Source of the DNA: Kofleriaceae bacterium
GTDB lineage: Bacteria > Myxococcota_A > Polyangia > Haliangiales > Haliangiaceae
Direction of reading: 5' to 3'
Assembly: GCA_020633495.1 (NCBI GenBank)
Contig: JACKDR010000001.1
Location: forward strand, 438,105 to 502,104
DNA length: 64,000 bases
Position numbers and translations under genes: made by a program. Below are positions 14,153 through 23,257 of the stretch, one piece after another. The first letter of the stretch is position 1, and each line of letters starts with the position of its first letter. The notes under the pieces were generated by a model. It was not told where the DNA came from. It saw only the letters and a list, made by a program, of their open reading frames with translations, and searched no databases.

Positions 14153-15721
14153 ATGCCGGCATCCCAGGGTAGAGACCGCGACCTCTCGGTGGCGCCGGCG
14201 CTGGCGTGGTTCGCGGTGCTGCTGTGCGGCGCGCTGGTGATCCTCGACGGCCACCTGCACGGCCTCGTCGCCATCGTCGACCACCGCGACACCGGCGACG
14301 AGGTCGGGCCGCAGGTCGCCGGCCCCGCCTTCGTCCAGCGCGAGGGCAGCGCCCCCGACGACGACCTCGGCGAGCTGGCCAGCTACGCCGATCCCGACGG
14401 CGAGCCCGCGCCGCCGCGGCGGCCCACCGTCGCGGCCCGCCGGGTCCGCACCGCCGACGCCAGCGCCGGCGCCGGCAGCACCGCCGCCGCGACCGCCGCC
14501 GGCCACGCCGAGGCCACGACCGACACCGGCGACGAGGACGACGGCGCCGACGACGACGGCCCCGCCGCGCGCACCGCGATCGAGGACACCTGCGTCGACG
14601 GCACCGCCGCGAGCTGCCGGCGCTGGGCGATGGACGGCTTCTACCGCGCGCTCGGCCGGGCCCGCGCCGGCACCGGCCTGGCCCGCATCAGCCTCTACGG
14701 CGACTCGGTCACCGCCGAGGGCTACATCGCGACCGGCATGCGGCGCCGCACCATGAAGCGGTACGGCGACGGCGGCGCCGGCTTCGTGTTCCTGGCCTCG
14801 CCCAGCCGCTGGTACCAGAACCAGGTCGTCCGCCAGTCGCAGTCCAAGGGCTGGCAGATCCACAGCATCGTCTTCAACTCGGCCAGCGATCAGCTCCACG
14901 GCTACGGCGGCGTCTCGTTCACCGGCACCTCCGGCGACCACGTCACCTTCAAGACCGCCAAGCGCGGGCCCGGCGACGCGGTGTCGCGCTTCGAGCTGTA
15001 CTACCTGGCCAGCCCCAAGGGCGGCACCGCCGACATCGTCGTCGACGGCGAGGTCGCGCTCACGGTCGACAGCCACGCCGACACCACCGCCTCGGCGTTC
15101 GCCGGCGTCGACCTCGCCGACGGCGCCCACGCGATCGAGGTCCGGGTCACCCGCGGCCGGCTGCGCGGCTTCGGCGTCACGATGGAGCGGGCGTCGGGCG
15201 TCGTGGTCGACAGCCTCGGCGTCGTGTCCAACACCGCCAAGAGCATGGGCAAGATCGACGACGCCCACTACGCCGAGCAGATCGCCCACCGCGACCCGGC
15301 GCTGGTGATGGTGCTGCTCGGCGCCAACGAGAGCGGCTGGCTCAAGGGCGCCGGCGCCATGAAGCAGTACCGGCAGCAGTGGGAGGCCCTGCTGGCCCGG
15401 GTCCGCAAGGGCGACCCGGCGGCGTCGTGCCTGGTGCTCGGCACGCTCGACGCCGGCGAGCTGCAGGACGGCAAGCACTACGTCGCCCGCACCAACATCG
15501 CGGACATGATCGAGGTGGAGCGCGCCGCCGCGGCCGCGCAGGGCTGCGCGTTCTGGGACGCCCGCGCCTTCATGGGCGGCGACGACGCGGCCAGGAAGTG
15601 GTTCCGCAAGGGCCTGATGTCCGGCGACTTCGAGCACCTGACCAGCAAGGGCGGCCAGGTCATCGGCTCCGGCATCGTCGAGGCGCTCGAGGCGGGTTAC
15701 GCTGCTTCCAGGAGCCGTTGA
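14153..15721 (+). CDS. SGNH/GDSL-family hydrolase, membrane-anchored (AlgJ/AlgX/PatB-like candidate)
   Basis: TM helix, then ISLYGDSVTAEG (GDS block I) and LGANESGW; adjacent to a second SGNH gene and an MBOAT gene. Confidence 0.7.
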   Translation: MPASQGRDRDLSVAPALAWFAVLLCGALVILDGHLHGLVAIVDHRDTGDEVGPQVAGPAFVQREGSAPDDDLGELASYADPDGEPAPPRRPTVAARRVRTADASAGAGSTAAATAAGHAEATTDTGDEDDGADDDGPAARTAIEDTCVDGTAASCRRWAMDGFYRALGRARAGTGLARISLYGDSVTAEGYIATGMRRRTMKRYGDGGAGFVFLASPSRWYQNQVVRQSQSKGWQIHSIVFNSASDQLHGYGGVSFTGTSGDHVTFKTAKRGPGDAVSRFELYYLASPKGGTADIVVDGEVALTVDSHADTTASAFAGVDLADGAHAIEVRVTRGRLRGFGVTMERASGVVVDSLGVVSNTAKSMGKIDDAHYAEQIAHRDPALVMVLLGANESGWLKGAGAMKQYRQQWEALLARVRKGDPAASCLVLGTLDAGELQDGKHYVARTNIADMIEVERAAAAAQGCAFWDARAFMGGDDAARKWFRKGLMSGDFEHLTSKGGQVIGSGIVEALEAGYAASRSR

Positions 15722-17190
15722 ACCGCCGCCACCCCGCCGCCGCGCCGGCCGCCCTGCCCGGGCTCGCCGCCGCCGTCACGATCGCCGTCGCCGCCACCAC
15801 CGGCGCCGCCGGGTCGGGGTGCGCCGACGGCGTCCCGACGCCGCGCGCCGGCGCGCCGGTCGTGATCGTCGACCAGCCGAGCCCGGTGGTCGCCGCCGCC
15901 GGGGTCGCGCCGCCGGTGACGCTCGAGGACCCGGCCGGGGCGCTGGCGCCGCTGTACCGAGCGCTGGGCGCCGCCGAGCGCGGCGACGACGGCGCCCGCG
16001 TCGCGATCGTCCAGTTCGGCGACTCGCACACCGCCGGCGACCGGCTCACCGGCGAGCTGCGCGCGGTGCTGCAGCAGCGCTTCGGCGACGCCGGCCGCGG
16101 CTTCCTGCTCACCGGCCGCCCCAAGATCCGCCACTACGACATCGTCGACGCCCGCTACGGCACCGACGGCGCCTGGACCTCGGACCAGGGCGGCCGCCAC
16201 GGCACCGAGGAGCCGTACGGGCTCGGCGGGGTCCGGTCGTACGCGAAGAAGAAGTCGGCGGTGGCCTGGGTCGGCACCTGCGCCGACTGTCCCACCGGCC
16301 AGGCGGTGTCGCGCTTCGAGATCTTCCTGTGGCGCCAGCCCGGCGGCGGCACCCTCGAGGCCCGGGTCGACGACGGCCCGTGGACCCGGATCTCGACCGC
16401 GCTGGCGGGCGACCAGGGCGACGTCGCCATCCCGGACTACGAGGTCATCGAGGTGCCCGACGGCGACCACCGGCTGTCGCTGCGGCCGCGCGGCGACAAG
16501 GAAGTCGACGTCTTCGGGGTCGCGCTGGAGCGTGCCCGCCCGGGCGTGGTGGTCGACGGCCTCGGCATCGTCGGCCTGCAGATGTCGCACCTGTGGCGGT
16601 GGGACTGGACCGTGATCGGGCCGCAGCTGGCCCACCGCGCGCCCGCGCTGGTCGTGCTGCAGTACGGCACCAACGAGGTCGACGACAGCGACCTCGACCT
16701 CGACACCTTCGTGGCCCGCTACACCGAGCTGATCGGCCGCATCCGGAGCGCCGCTCCCGACGCCGCCATCCTGATGCTGGGGCCGCCCGACATGGCGACG
16801 CGCCTGCTCGGGCGCCGCTGCGACAAGCCGGCGAAGAAGCAGACGAAGTCGCGTCACGGCCGGCGCAAGGCGCCGCCGCCGGCGCCCGTCGGGCCCGCCG
16901 CCGAGCCGCCCGAGGGCTGCCGGTGGAAGACCCCGACCCAGCTGCTCGACATCATCGACGCCGAGCGCCGGGTCGCCCGCGCCACCGGCGTCGCGTTCTT
17001 CGACAGCTTCGCGGCGATGGGCGGCGCCGACCTGATCGACGGCTGGGTCCACGCCGAGCCCGCGCTGGCCTACAAGGATCACGTTCACTTCACGACCCGC
17101 GGGTACACGTGGTGGGCCGATCTGCTGCTGGAAGATTTGATGCGCGGATACGCGGCATGGCAGAAAGAGTCGGCTGCCGCGCGGCGTTGA
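15718..17190 (+). CDS. SGNH/GDSL-family hydrolase lipoprotein, second copy
   Basis: TTG start overlaps the upstream stop (TTGA); lipobox GSGC; IVQFGDSHTAGD block I; LQYGTNE. Confidence 0.65.
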   Translation: MNRRHPAAAPAALPGLAAAVTIAVAATTGAAGSGCADGVPTPRAGAPVVIVDQPSPVVAAAGVAPPVTLEDPAGALAPLYRALGAAERGDDGARVAIVQFGDSHTAGDRLTGELRAVLQQRFGDAGRGFLLTGRPKIRHYDIVDARYGTDGAWTSDQGGRHGTEEPYGLGGVRSYAKKKSAVAWVGTCADCPTGQAVSRFEIFLWRQPGGGTLEARVDDGPWTRISTALAGDQGDVAIPDYEVIEVPDGDHRLSLRPRGDKEVDVFGVALERARPGVVVDGLGIVGLQMSHLWRWDWTVIGPQLAHRAPALVVLQYGTNEVDDSDLDLDTFVARYTELIGRIRSAAPDAAILMLGPPDMATRLLGRRCDKPAKKQTKSRHGRRKAPPPAPVGPAAEPPEGCRWKTPTQLLDIIDAERRVARATGVAFFDSFAAMGGADLIDGWVHAEPALAYKDHVHFTTRGYTWWADLLLEDLMRGYAAWQKESAAARR

Positions 17191-17215
17191 GCGCGGGTAG
17201 CCACCCGCTCGCCCG

Positions 17216-19588
17216 GTGACCTTCTCCAGCGCCGACTACCCGCTGTTCCTCATCGCCGTCTTCGCCGTGTACGCGCTCACCCGCGCCGGCGGACGGACGG
17301 GCGTCGTCGCGCGCATGGTCACGCTGGTCCTGCTCGGCGACCTGCTCTACCTGCTGCTGACCAAGGACGTCGGCACGCTGTGGGACCCGCTGGGCAGCGC
17401 CGCGTTCGGTGCGATCGCGCGGGAGCACGACGTGGCGCCGTGGTGGCACCTCGGCGTCGGCGCCGCGGTCCTGGCCGGCGCGCTGTGGACCGGGTGGCGC
17501 CACGGCGCCGCGCTCGGCGCGCCGCGCGGCCAGCGCGTGATCGGCCTGGCGACGCTGGGCGGGCTGATCGGCCTCGGCACCGCGGTGGTCGTGACCCACC
17601 AGTGCGGCGGCCTCGACGCGATGAGCGACGGGTTCGCGACCATCGGCCACCTGATCTTCCTGGCCGGCTGGGGCGTCGCGATCGGCGCCGCGCAGACGCC
17701 GTCGGGCCGGCCGTTCGGCCGCGTCCTGGTGCTGCTGCTGGGCAGCTCGATCTTCTACCACGCGTGGGCGGCGGCCCAGCACGGCTGGTATCGCTACCTG
17801 CTGCTGCTGCTGCTGGCGATCGTCGTCGGGGACTTCCTGCTGGCGCTGGCGATCGAGCGCACCGACGACCCGCGCCGGCGCAAGGCGCTGCTGCTGGTCA
17901 GCCTGCTGTCCAACCTCGGCGTCCTCGGCCTGTTCAAGTACTACGACTTCTTCACGATCGACGTGCTGCGCCTGCACGTGTCGCCGCTGCACCTGATCCT
18001 GCCCGCCGGCATCTCGTTCCACACGTTCCAGTCGCTGTCGTACACGATCGACGTCTACAAGCGGCAGATCCCGGCGACCCGCTCGGTCACGCAGTTCGCC
18101 ACCTTCGTGCTGTTCTTCCCGCAGCTGGTCGCCGGGCCGATCGTCCGCGCCCACCAGCTGCTGCCGCAGATGGACCGGCTGCCGCCGCTCGATCGGCGGC
18201 TCGCCGCCGACGGCCTGTTCCGGATCGTGATCGGCCTGTTCAAGAAGATCGCGCTCGCCGATCTGCTGGCCCACGTCATCGTCGATCGCGTCTTCGAGGC
18301 GCCGGGCCGATTCTCGGGGCTCGAGGTCCTGCTCGCGGTCTACGGCTACGCCTTCCAGATCTACCTCGACTTCTCGGCGTACTCCGACATCGCGATCGGC
18401 TCGGCGCAGCTGCTGGGCTTCGAGTTCCCCGAGAACTTCCAGACCCCGTACCGCTCGGCCAACCTGCAGGAGTTCTGGCGCCGCTGGCACATGACGCTGT
18501 CGAGCTGGCTGCGCGACTACCTGTACATCCCGCTCGGCGGCGGCCGCGGCGGCGCCTGGCTGACCTACCGCAACCTGACGATCACGATGCTGCTCGGCGG
18601 CCTGTGGCACGGCGCGAGCTGGACCTTCGTCACCTGGGGCGCGCTGCACGGCCTCGGCCTCGCGGTGACGCGCGCGTTCCAGCGCCGCGCCGACGCCGGC
18701 GCGCCGATGGGGCCGTGGCTGGCGCGCGCGCTCGCGCTGGCCAGCGCCGGCGCGTCCATCCACGTCACGGCGCTGACCGATCACGGCGTCGTGTTCCACA
18801 TGATGCTGGCGTGGGGCTACACCGCGCCGCTGTGGGCGGCGGCGACGGCGTGGCTGACCCGCGGCACCGAGCCCGCGGAGGCGTGGGCCCCGGCGGAGCG
18901 CGCGCCGCGGGCGCGCGGCGCCGTCACGACGCGCGCGGCACGCCCGGCGCCGAAGACGAGCCGCAAGAAGAAGGCGCGGCGCAAGCGGCGCCACCGCCGC
19001 CAGGGCGGCGGCGTCAGCCTGCCGCGGGCGGTCGCGCTCGAGCCGGCGACGTCGTCGGGGCGCCAGCGCGGCGAGGTGGTCGAGCTGCTGCGCTGGCTGA
19101 GCGTCGGCCTCGCCGCCGCCGGGGTGTGGGCGTTCCTCGACGCCCAGCCGCTGACGATCGCGCTCGCGATGTCGAGCGCCGGCGTCGCGGTGATCGCCGA
19201 CGTGCTCGAGCGCGGCGCGTCGGACGCGTTCGCGCGCCGGTGGGCGCGGTGGGCGGCGCGGCGGGCGCTCGCGATGGTGCTGACGTTCCACTACGTCTGC
19301 TTCGCGTGGGTGTTCTTCCGCGCCACCAGCTTCGCGCAGGCGGCGACGGTGCTGGGCCGGATCGCGAGCGGCTCGACGGACACGCGCAGCCTGCTGCCGC
19401 AGGTGTCGATCGCGCTGATCGTGGCGGTGCTGGCCCACCTGTTCGCGCCGCGCACCTACCGGTGGGCGCGCGACGGCTGGAGCCGGCTGCCGACCTGGGC
19501 GCAGGGCGCGGCGATGGTCGCGGCGGCGCTGGCCCTGCGGCGGCTGGCCTCGAACGACGCCCCGCAGTTCATCTACTTCCAGTTCTAG
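17216..19588 (+). CDS. MBOAT-family membrane O-acyltransferase (AlgI/DltB/PatA-like) with a basic insertion and extended C-terminus
   Basis: MBOAT core FWRRWHMTLSSWLRDYLYIPLGG...LLGGLWHG (conserved His); about 790 aa. Confidence 0.85.
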   Translation: MTFSSADYPLFLIAVFAVYALTRAGGRTGVVARMVTLVLLGDLLYLLLTKDVGTLWDPLGSAAFGAIAREHDVAPWWHLGVGAAVLAGALWTGWRHGAALGAPRGQRVIGLATLGGLIGLGTAVVVTHQCGGLDAMSDGFATIGHLIFLAGWGVAIGAAQTPSGRPFGRVLVLLLGSSIFYHAWAAAQHGWYRYLLLLLLAIVVGDFLLALAIERTDDPRRRKALLLVSLLSNLGVLGLFKYYDFFTIDVLRLHVSPLHLILPAGISFHTFQSLSYTIDVYKRQIPATRSVTQFATFVLFFPQLVAGPIVRAHQLLPQMDRLPPLDRRLAADGLFRIVIGLFKKIALADLLAHVIVDRVFEAPGRFSGLEVLLAVYGYAFQIYLDFSAYSDIAIGSAQLLGFEFPENFQTPYRSANLQEFWRRWHMTLSSWLRDYLYIPLGGGRGGAWLTYRNLTITMLLGGLWHGASWTFVTWGALHGLGLAVTRAFQRRADAGAPMGPWLARALALASAGASIHVTALTDHGVVFHMMLAWGYTAPLWAAATAWLTRGTEPAEAWAPAERAPRARGAVTTRAARPAPKTSRKKKARRKRRHRRQGGGVSLPRAVALEPATSSGRQRGEVVELLRWLSVGLAAAGVWAFLDAQPLTIALAMSSAGVAVIADVLERGASDAFARRWARWAARRALAMVLTFHYVCFAWVFFRATSFAQAATVLGRIASGSTDTRSLLPQVSIALIVAVLAHLFAPRTYRWARDGWSRLPTWAQGAAMVAAALALRRLASNDAPQFIYFQF

Positions 19589-19631
19589 CGGGCCGCCGAG
19601 GCACGCCGCGCAGCGGCGTCGGTCTGCTCCC

Positions 19632-19800
19632 GTGCCCGTGCCCGATCTGGGTCCCGTGCCCGTGCCCGTGCCCGTGCCCGATCTGGGTCCCGTGCCCGTG
19701 CCCGTGCCCGTGCCCGATCTGGGTCCCGTGCCCGTGCCCGTGCCCGTGCCCGATCTGGGTCCCGTGCCCGTGCCCGTGCCCGTGCCCGATCCGGGCTCCG
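19632..19800. repeat. intergenic minisatellite: 36-bp super-unit (cccgtg x4 + cccgatctgggt) in ~4.5 copies
   Basis: Direct inspection; lies between convergent genes; related copy at 44184-44300. Confidence 0.85.
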
Positions 19801-19820
19801 GGTCTCCCCGGCGCCGCCGC

Positions 19821-20732
19821 TTACATCGCGTTGCGGTACGCGCGCTGGACCTTGCCGTCCTTGCGCTCGCACCAGCCCTTGCCGTCGAACACCTGGACCC
19901 GCTTGAGGTGGTGCCGGTGGTCGAGCAGGTTCGAGTACACCTTCTTGGCCACGAAGAAGTCGATGTCGCGGCCCTTGATGCCGCCGCCGCGGTCCTCGGC
20001 GACGACGCAGCCGTCGTGGACCCAGCCGCCCCACGGCGCGTGCCCGGGCATCTGCATGCCGTCGAGGATGGGCACGTACAAGAGGCTCCCCAGCGGCACG
20101 ACGTCGGTGTCGACCGCGACCGAGCGGAACGGCGACAGCTTGCCGGCCGGGCCCATCGCCCACGCCTTGCCGATCTCGAAGTAGCAGGGCGAGTTGGGGC
20201 AGCGGCACGAGCCGCTGGTGTTGATCACGCGGCCGTCGCGCAGCTTGCCGGTGCCCTGGATGTCGAGCTGGGCCTCGAAGCCGGGATCGACCATCGCGAT
20301 GGGGTGGCTGCAGTCCTTGCGGTGGTACAGCGGCACCGCGCGGCGGCGCGGCGTGGCCGCCGGGGTGGCGCCGGCGGTGGCGTCGTCGGCCGCGTCGACG
20401 CCGTCGTCGGCGCCGTCGTCACTGTCCGGTTCGCCGGACGAAACGTCCGGAGCGCCGGACGAGGCGTTGTCGTTGGCCGCGGCCGGCTCGACCGGGGGGT
20501 AGTCCCGCTCGGCGGCCACGTAGTACATCGTGAAGTGGAAGGCGCCGAGCGGCAGGCCCAGCTCCTGCACGGGCGGGTGCGGCAACGGCGCGCGGGGCGG
20601 CGCGGTCGCCACCACCGGCGCGACCTGGGCGTCGAGCGGGATCGCCGAGGACGCCTCGCAGGCGGTCAGCAATCCGGCGGTGCAGAGGGCCGCCGCGGTC
20701 GCGGATCGGCCCCACCGGGCGATGTACAGCAT
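19821..20732 (-). CDS. 3D-domain lipoprotein (MltA/YuiC-like cell-wall-binding domain)
   Basis: C-terminal DTDVVPLGS...GGIKGRDIDFF typical of the 3D domain; lipoprotein signal LLTAC. Confidence 0.7.
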   Translation of the reverse strand: MLYIARWGRSATAAALCTAGLLTACEASSAIPLDAQVAPVVATAPPRAPLPHPPVQELGLPLGAFHFTMYYVAAERDYPPVEPAAANDNASSGAPDVSSGEPDSDDGADDGVDAADDATAGATPAATPRRRAVPLYHRKDCSHPIAMVDPGFEAQLDIQGTGKLRDGRVINTSGSCRCPNSPCYFEIGKAWAMGPAGKLSPFRSVAVDTDVVPLGSLLYVPILDGMQMPGHAPWGGWVHDGCVVAEDRGGGIKGRDIDFFVAKKVYSNLLDHRHHLKRVQVFDGKGWCERKDGKVQRAYRNAM

Positions 20733-20899
20733 AGTCGACCTCGTAACTCAGCGTTGCTTTGCGGATGTCCGAGCACAAATAACGGTCCGTCGGAGGACCG
20801 CATCAGGGCGAGGGCAGCCGACGGTGCAGCGAGCTACACGGTCGGAGAGGAGCCCAGTCTAGCGACGCCGCCGCCGCGCGCACCTGGTGCGCCCACAAA

Positions 20900-20950
20900 A
20901 CTTTCGTGGCACCCCTTACAGTCCTGCCAGGATTGGCACGCTTGGCACGT
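20900..20950. promoter_or_regulatory. cluster of TGGCAC/TGCCA motifs in a 400-bp divergent intergenic region; candidate regulator binding site
   Basis: TGGCAC at 20907, TGCCA at 20925, TGGCAC at 20934 and 20943; spacing does not fit a canonical -24/-12 sigma-54 promoter. Confidence 0.2.
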
Positions 20951-21138
20951 CTCTTTCGACGATCTCAGAGGACGATTCCGCTTCGGCGGCCGCGGCGATC
21001 GGACCTTCTCCGAGCCCGCGATGGTTGGTGCTCCACCGACCCGTGCCCGCGCCGCCGCGTCGTGCCGGGTCTTGCCACGCGCCGCGGCCGCGACGGCGCG
21101 TTCCCCCGCGGTGCTACGCTCGACGCCGGTCTCCGACG

Positions 21139-21765
21139 ATGATCACCCCCGCGCCGCCCGCCGCCACCGATCGTGCGATCTCGATCGCCGCGCGACGCGG
21201 CAGCGTCGCGGGCGCGCGCGCCGTGCTGCGCGCGCTGCGCGATCGCCTCGGCGCGATCACGACGGCGCGCGTGCTGCTGCGGGTCGCGCGCGATCGCGTC
21301 CGCGGCGAGCCGCTACGCGCGCTGCCGCCGCCGCGCGACGACCGCGAGCGACGCTCGCGCGCCCAGCTGCGCGACGTCGTCCTCCTCGATCGCGCGCTGC
21401 GCGCGGCCACCGACGACGCCACCGCGCTGGCGCTGTGTCGCGTCGCGGTCCACGCCGGCGGCGTCGCGTTCCTCGACGCGATGCTGCCCGCGACCGACCT
21501 CGCGGCGCGCGCCGCCGAGGTCGCCGGCTGGTTCTTCAACGCCACCGGCACGGTGAGCCAGGTCGACGACGAGCTGCGCTTCGACGTCACCGCCTGCGAC
21601 TTCGCGCGCCTGCTGCCGCGGCTCGGCGCCGGCCACCTCGCGCCGCTGTTCTGCGAGGTCGATCGGATCTACTTCGACGAGCCGCGCCGCGGCGTCCTGC
21701 TGCGGCGCAGCCGCACGCTCGCCACCGGCGGCGACGGCTGCGACTTCCGGTTCCGCGCCCGCTGA
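21139..21765 (+). CDS. hypothetical protein, possibly L-2-amino-thiazoline-4-carboxylate hydrolase-like
   Basis: C-terminal LFCEVDRIYFD...CDFRFR pattern recalled for that family; weak. Confidence 0.4.
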   Translation: MITPAPPAATDRAISIAARRGSVAGARAVLRALRDRLGAITTARVLLRVARDRVRGEPLRALPPPRDDRERRSRAQLRDVVLLDRALRAATDDATALALCRVAVHAGGVAFLDAMLPATDLAARAAEVAGWFFNATGTVSQVDDELRFDVTACDFARLLPRLGAGHLAPLFCEVDRIYFDEPRRGVLLRRSRTLATGGDGCDFRFRAR

Positions 21766-21778
21766 TCGCGGCGCGCCG

Positions 21779-22603
21779 CTACGCCGCCGGCGCCGCGGCG
21801 TCGAACTCGCCGGCGACGACGCGCGCGAAGTCGAGGCCGCTGACGATGCCGATCGCCTCGCGATCGCGGCACGCGACGATCCGGCGGACGTCGAGGCGCG
21901 CGACCTGCGCGGCGGCGCGGTGGATCCGGGTGTCGCTGGGCAGGCAGATGATCGCGGGCTCGAACAGATCGTCGATCGGCGTGGCGCGCGGCAGGTCGCG
22001 CGACGCCAGCGCCTCGATCTGGGTGAAGACGCCGACCGGCAGGTCGCCGTCGACGACCACCAGCGCGGTGACCTGGGCCTTGTCGAGCCGCTCGATCGCG
22101 ACCCCGATGGGCTGCTCGGCGCGCACCGACACGATCGGCGTCGTCATGATCTCGGACACCGGCCGATCGACGCGCGCGTCGCGCACGACCGCGGTCAGGT
22201 CCTGGGTCGTGATGATGCCGATCAGCCGGCCGGCGTCGTCGACGACGCACAGCCGGTGGATGTGGTGCTGCCGCATCAGCTTGGCCGCCTCGACCAGCGG
22301 CGCGTGCGGCGCGATGCACACCGGCTGCTTGGTCATGACGTCGCCGGCGAGCAGCTCCGGTAGGCGCAGCGCGACGCCGCCGCGATGGTTGCCGGCGCGC
22401 AGCCGCCCGCTGTGGACCAGGTCCGAGCGCGAGATGACGCCCAGCGGCGTGTTCCAGGCGTCGACCACGGGGACGCCGGAGATGCGGCGCTCGTCGAGCC
22501 GCCGCGCCACCTCGGCGAGCGTGGCCTCGGCGTGCACCACCTCGAGCTCGCGGGTCATGAAGTCGGAGACCGGGCTGTCGAACGGGACCATGCCCGGTGC
22601 CAT
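21779..22603 (-). CDS. CBS-domain protein (four CBS domains)
   Basis: Repeated CBS-like segments (GVPVVD, RLCVVDDAGRLIGIIT, ALVVVDGD, IGIVSGLD). Confidence 0.8.
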   Translation of the reverse strand: MAPGMVPFDSPVSDFMTRELEVVHAEATLAEVARRLDERRISGVPVVDAWNTPLGVISRSDLVHSGRLRAGNHRGGVALRLPELLAGDVMTKQPVCIAPHAPLVEAAKLMRQHHIHRLCVVDDAGRLIGIITTQDLTAVVRDARVDRPVSEIMTTPIVSVRAEQPIGVAIERLDKAQVTALVVVDGDLPVGVFTQIEALASRDLPRATPIDDLFEPAIICLPSDTRIHRAAAQVARLDVRRIVACRDREAIGIVSGLDFARVVAGEFDAAAPAA

Positions 22604-22730
22604 TGCACACCCCCTGCCAGGCCCGGGAGCGGTCCTCCGCGGGGGGCGTGACCGGCGTCGCGAAAGGCCTGCGCGGCCCCCCCAGCGCGGCGAAACCCCT
22701 GCGCCGCGGCCGTCTGGCGTGCGCGGCGCG

Positions 22731-23084
22731 CTACGGGACGCCGGGGAAGGCGTCGACGTACTTGATCGTGAAGTCGGGGAACGCGTCGACCAGCTTGATC
22801 GTGAAGTCGGGGAACGCGTCGACCATGCGCCAGCGGCCGCACTCGTCGGGGAAGGCGTCGACCCGCTTGACCTGGAGGTCGGGGAACGCGTCGACGACCT
22901 CGACCTCGAAGTCGGGGAACGCGTCGACGACCTTGACCCGCCCGGCCAGCTTCTTGCCCCCGATGGTGCAGTCGCGGCCGATCTTGCTCGCCAGCGGCGC
23001 GCCCGGCGCCGCCCGAGACGGCGCCGCCACGACCAGCGGCGCGACCACGATGGCGACGGCGAGCGCGGTGGCGGTGGGGTGCAT
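22731..23084 (-). CDS. small secreted protein built from six tandem 11-aa repeats with an invariant VDAFPDF core
   Basis: 33-bp nucleotide periodicity over 22740-22935; signal peptide from MHPTATALAVAIVVAPLVVAAPSRA. Confidence 0.5.
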   Translation of the reverse strand: MHPTATALAVAIVVAPLVVAAPSRAAPGAPLASKIGRDCTIGGKKLAGRVKVVDAFPDFEVEVVDAFPDLQVKRVDAFPDECGRWRMVDAFPDFTIKLVDAFPDFTIKYVDAFPGVP

Positions 23085-23257
23085 GGCCGCGAGCCTAGCG
23101 CGGCGCCGCGGCGGGGTCACGGCGCCGGCCCCGGGCCCCGCCCCGGCCGTGGTCCTGCCCACATCCGGCCGGTCCGACCAGCGAACGCGAACCCATCGTC
23201 ACCTTTTTGCTTCAACCCCGTGAAATCGGGAAGTAGGCTCGCCGCCGGGAGGAAGCC

